The notes under the pieces were generated by a model. The model was not told where the DNA came from. It worked only from the letters and a program-made list of their open reading frames with translations, and did not search any database. From contig MU053588.1 of NCBI GenBank assembly GCA_013239625.1, positions 1,513,988 through 1,577,987 of the forward strand: 64,000 bases of DNA, in the 5' to 3' direction. The position numbers and the translations under genes were made by a program. Of this stretch, positions 60,437 to 64,000 are shown in pieces (position 1 is the first letter of the stretch; every line of letters begins with the position of its first letter). This DNA is from Lama guanicoe. Taxonomy: Eukaryota.

Positions 60437-61606
60437 TGAGGGCCCTGGAGGGGTGGGGGTGGGAGAGGCCCTTCCGGGCTGGGGTGCCTCAGGGCCAGGT
60501 GCTGGGCCCAGCTCCTGTCCTCCCTGCTCACACCTTTCCAGGCTGTCTTCTCTGTCCCCATGACACCCACAGCCACATCTCTCTCCCGTTCCTGGCCTCT
60601 CCCCAAGCCCCCACTCCAGGCCCCCTCAGCCCGCTGAACACCACCCTCTGTGGGCCTTCCAGGTCCCTGACACCCAAACTGGCCCCCAAGCGTTTCCCCC
60701 AAACCTGCCCCTCCAAGTTCCTTGTCTCGAAGAGGCTCCATACCCTTGTCCCCAGGCCAGAGCCCTGGACCTCCCTGGCCCCCAACCCAGCCTGTCAGCC
60801 CCAAGCCTGTCACTCCTTCCCCCACCCCTGTACAGCCCATCCTCTGGTGCTGGGCCCTGCCCTCGCCTCCCCTCTGGGGTGCCCCCCAGGCATGCCCACA
60901 CCACAGCCAGAGGGCTGCCGCACACCCCTCTGCGGCCCTTTACAGTGCCCCAGTGCCCTTGAGATACTGAGATCAGCCCCCATTTAGGCCTTTGGTTCTG
61001 TCTGACCTCAGGCTTTGGCTCTTGAGGGGCTCACTGCCAGAGAGCTTGTTCCAAAGGCAGGCAGACTCCTGGATCCTTCCCAAGAGGAATCTGTGTTGGG
61101 AGCAGCCCTCAGACTCTGATGCCAGAGTCCCAGAAGGATATGAGGTCCGGAGTTGTCCAGCTCTGGCTCTTACCTCCCAATCTCTCCACACTCCCCAGCT
61201 GAGCCCCATGACCCATTCCTCAGGAGTACAGTGTCCAGATGCGCCAGGAGCTTCTGTTTAACGTGGCCTTGTGAGCACTGTGTTCCCTCACCTCTGCCAT
61301 TCTTTGCCTTCTAGGCCTTCCTGCCCCTGAAATCCACCCCCCCCACCCCCTACCTTGTATCTAACCTTGGCTGATCCCTGCTTGTCCTTCTGGTCTCAGC
61401 CCTGGGCTTAGGCGCTCTCCTTCCACCTCCCTCTCCCAACATCAGCATGGTCATCAGGGCCACTCAGAGACCAGCTCAGGGCTGGTCAGAGATGGACATC
61501 AGCAGCGTGGTGTGTGCGTGGGGTGGGGAGCACCCCCGGAATGGAGTTCAGATGTCAGGCCCCAAGCTGCCATTGACATCTCTTGGCTCTGGGCGTAGAA
61601 GGATAG

Positions 61607-61960
<354 letters not shown>

Positions 61961-61963
61961 TAG

Positions 61964-62317
<354 letters not shown>

Positions 62318-63227
62318 TAGTTCAGTTGCTTGAGGAACAGTATAAGTTTATTTGTTCCTCATGGAGCAGTCCAGTGAGTTGAGGGTTCTGTTCACACAGT
62401 CAGGGGGCTCAGACTGGAGGGGGCTCTGCCGTCAGCACAGGCTCAGACGGGGGAGGCTGCCACAGCTCTGGGCCATGTGAGAACCTGCTTCCGGCCGGGC
62501 AGCCAGGCATGGGCTGGGGACTCCAGTCCCGTCTCCTGTCTTCTGGACTGAAGTTCTAAATCTGAGGATGAGTGTCCCAGGGCCCAGAACCTGCATTTAT
62601 ATTCCAAGAGTGGACATGATTTTCAGTGGGAGGGGGCCCTTGACCTTCACCAAATTCTTGGTAATTGGCCCACCCTCCACCAGGAAAGTTTAGCCAGTCA
62701 CCGGGAAGGGGGGGCTCTGTTTCACTGGGAGTTTCAGCTGGGGTCCATGAACACCTAAAGATGTCTACAGATGTGCTTTGGGGACATCAGGAGCATGGAA
62801 TCATACGCACACTGTGGGTATGTCTCCTGGGGGTGGAGGGTCCATAGAGATCCTCAAGAGCCTGAACAGGGCCTACGGTTCCAAAACAGGTGTAAATCCG
62901 TGGGGGACGTGGCTGTGGCAAGGCTGTCCCTGCCACCCATGTCAACTGAAGACGTGCTTCGTGCAGGCAAGCAGGGGCCTGGGGCATGGGCTTTGGGAGC
63001 CAGCCCTGGTCTAAGCCCCCACCCAGCCTTTGGTACCCATGGGACTTGGGCCACTTCTCCAAGAGCCCCAGTGCAGACCCTGTCAGGGAGGCAGATGGTG
63101 TGATCTTAGGCAGGTGACCTGCCTGAGGACCCCAGCCGGGAGATGGCAGAGCTCCCCAGGGGTCTGGCTCTAACCTCTGGGCTGCACGGTAAAGACCCAG
63201 CATGTCTGAGACCAAGGAGTTATGTAG

Positions 63228-63623
<396 letters not shown>

Positions 63624-64000
63624 TGAGCACAAATGGCCCTGGCCCTGCCTGACAGCCTGGTGCAGAGGCCATGAATGGGCAGGCGCTGGCTGCTGTGGTC
63701 TGAGGATGCTTTTGCAGGCACTTTAAAAAGAGTTCTCATAAAAGTCTGAATTTTTATCCTCTTTTGGAAAACCAAGAGATCTGGCCACCTGGAGGCCACA
63801 TCCCCTCATGGCAGCAGTTGGCAGGTGCTGTGGGGCTGCTCCAATTTAGAAAGGGCAGGACACCTTTGTCTTGGCCATAGTCCTCACCTGTCTCTCTTCC
63901 CTCCGCTGACCTGCTTCACTCACTGCCACTACCTGCCTGGCTCTGAGGTCTTTGAGCTGTGGCCCGTGGCCTTGAAGATTCCCCTGGTCAGTCAGCAAGA

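Overview
Mammalian genomic DNA, not prokaryotic. It is probably from a camelid, inferred from tRNA-Ala-derived SINEs resembling vic-1. Two + strand genes lie in the order known from human 19q13.2. (1) The complete ACP7 (PAPL, purple acid phosphatase-like) gene has 12 coding exons from 2829 to 14867; all introns are GT-AG and the exons join to 1317 nt, i.e. 438 aa plus stop. It also has a probable short non-coding first exon near 1861-1894 and a poly(A) signal at 15137. (2) The 5' and middle part of PAK4 has a CpG-island first exon near 23640-23774, about 32 kb of 5' intron, and six coding exons from 56161 to 63419; the end of the kinase domain lies beyond the window. The rest is intron and intergenic DNA rich in MIR, L2, old L1, hAT/TcMar DNA-transposon relics and lineage-specific SINEs. 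Almost all supplied ORFs are chance ORFs in GC-rich DNA. I found no new protein-coding system. The most interesting signals are regulatory and centre on the PAK4 5' region: a same-orientation array of about 9 nuclear-receptor DR1 elements just inside intron 1, a strong-context uORF that is in frame with PAK4 across a single TGA, and a MIR-derived cassette exon that adds another uORF and is followed by a 16-bp hairpin. Also notable are a divergent spliced transcript at the ACP7 promoter, a consensus CTCF site between the genes, a palindromic MER53, and a 199-bp duplication that looks like an assembly artefact. Repeat family names and cross-species comparisons come from recall, not from searches.
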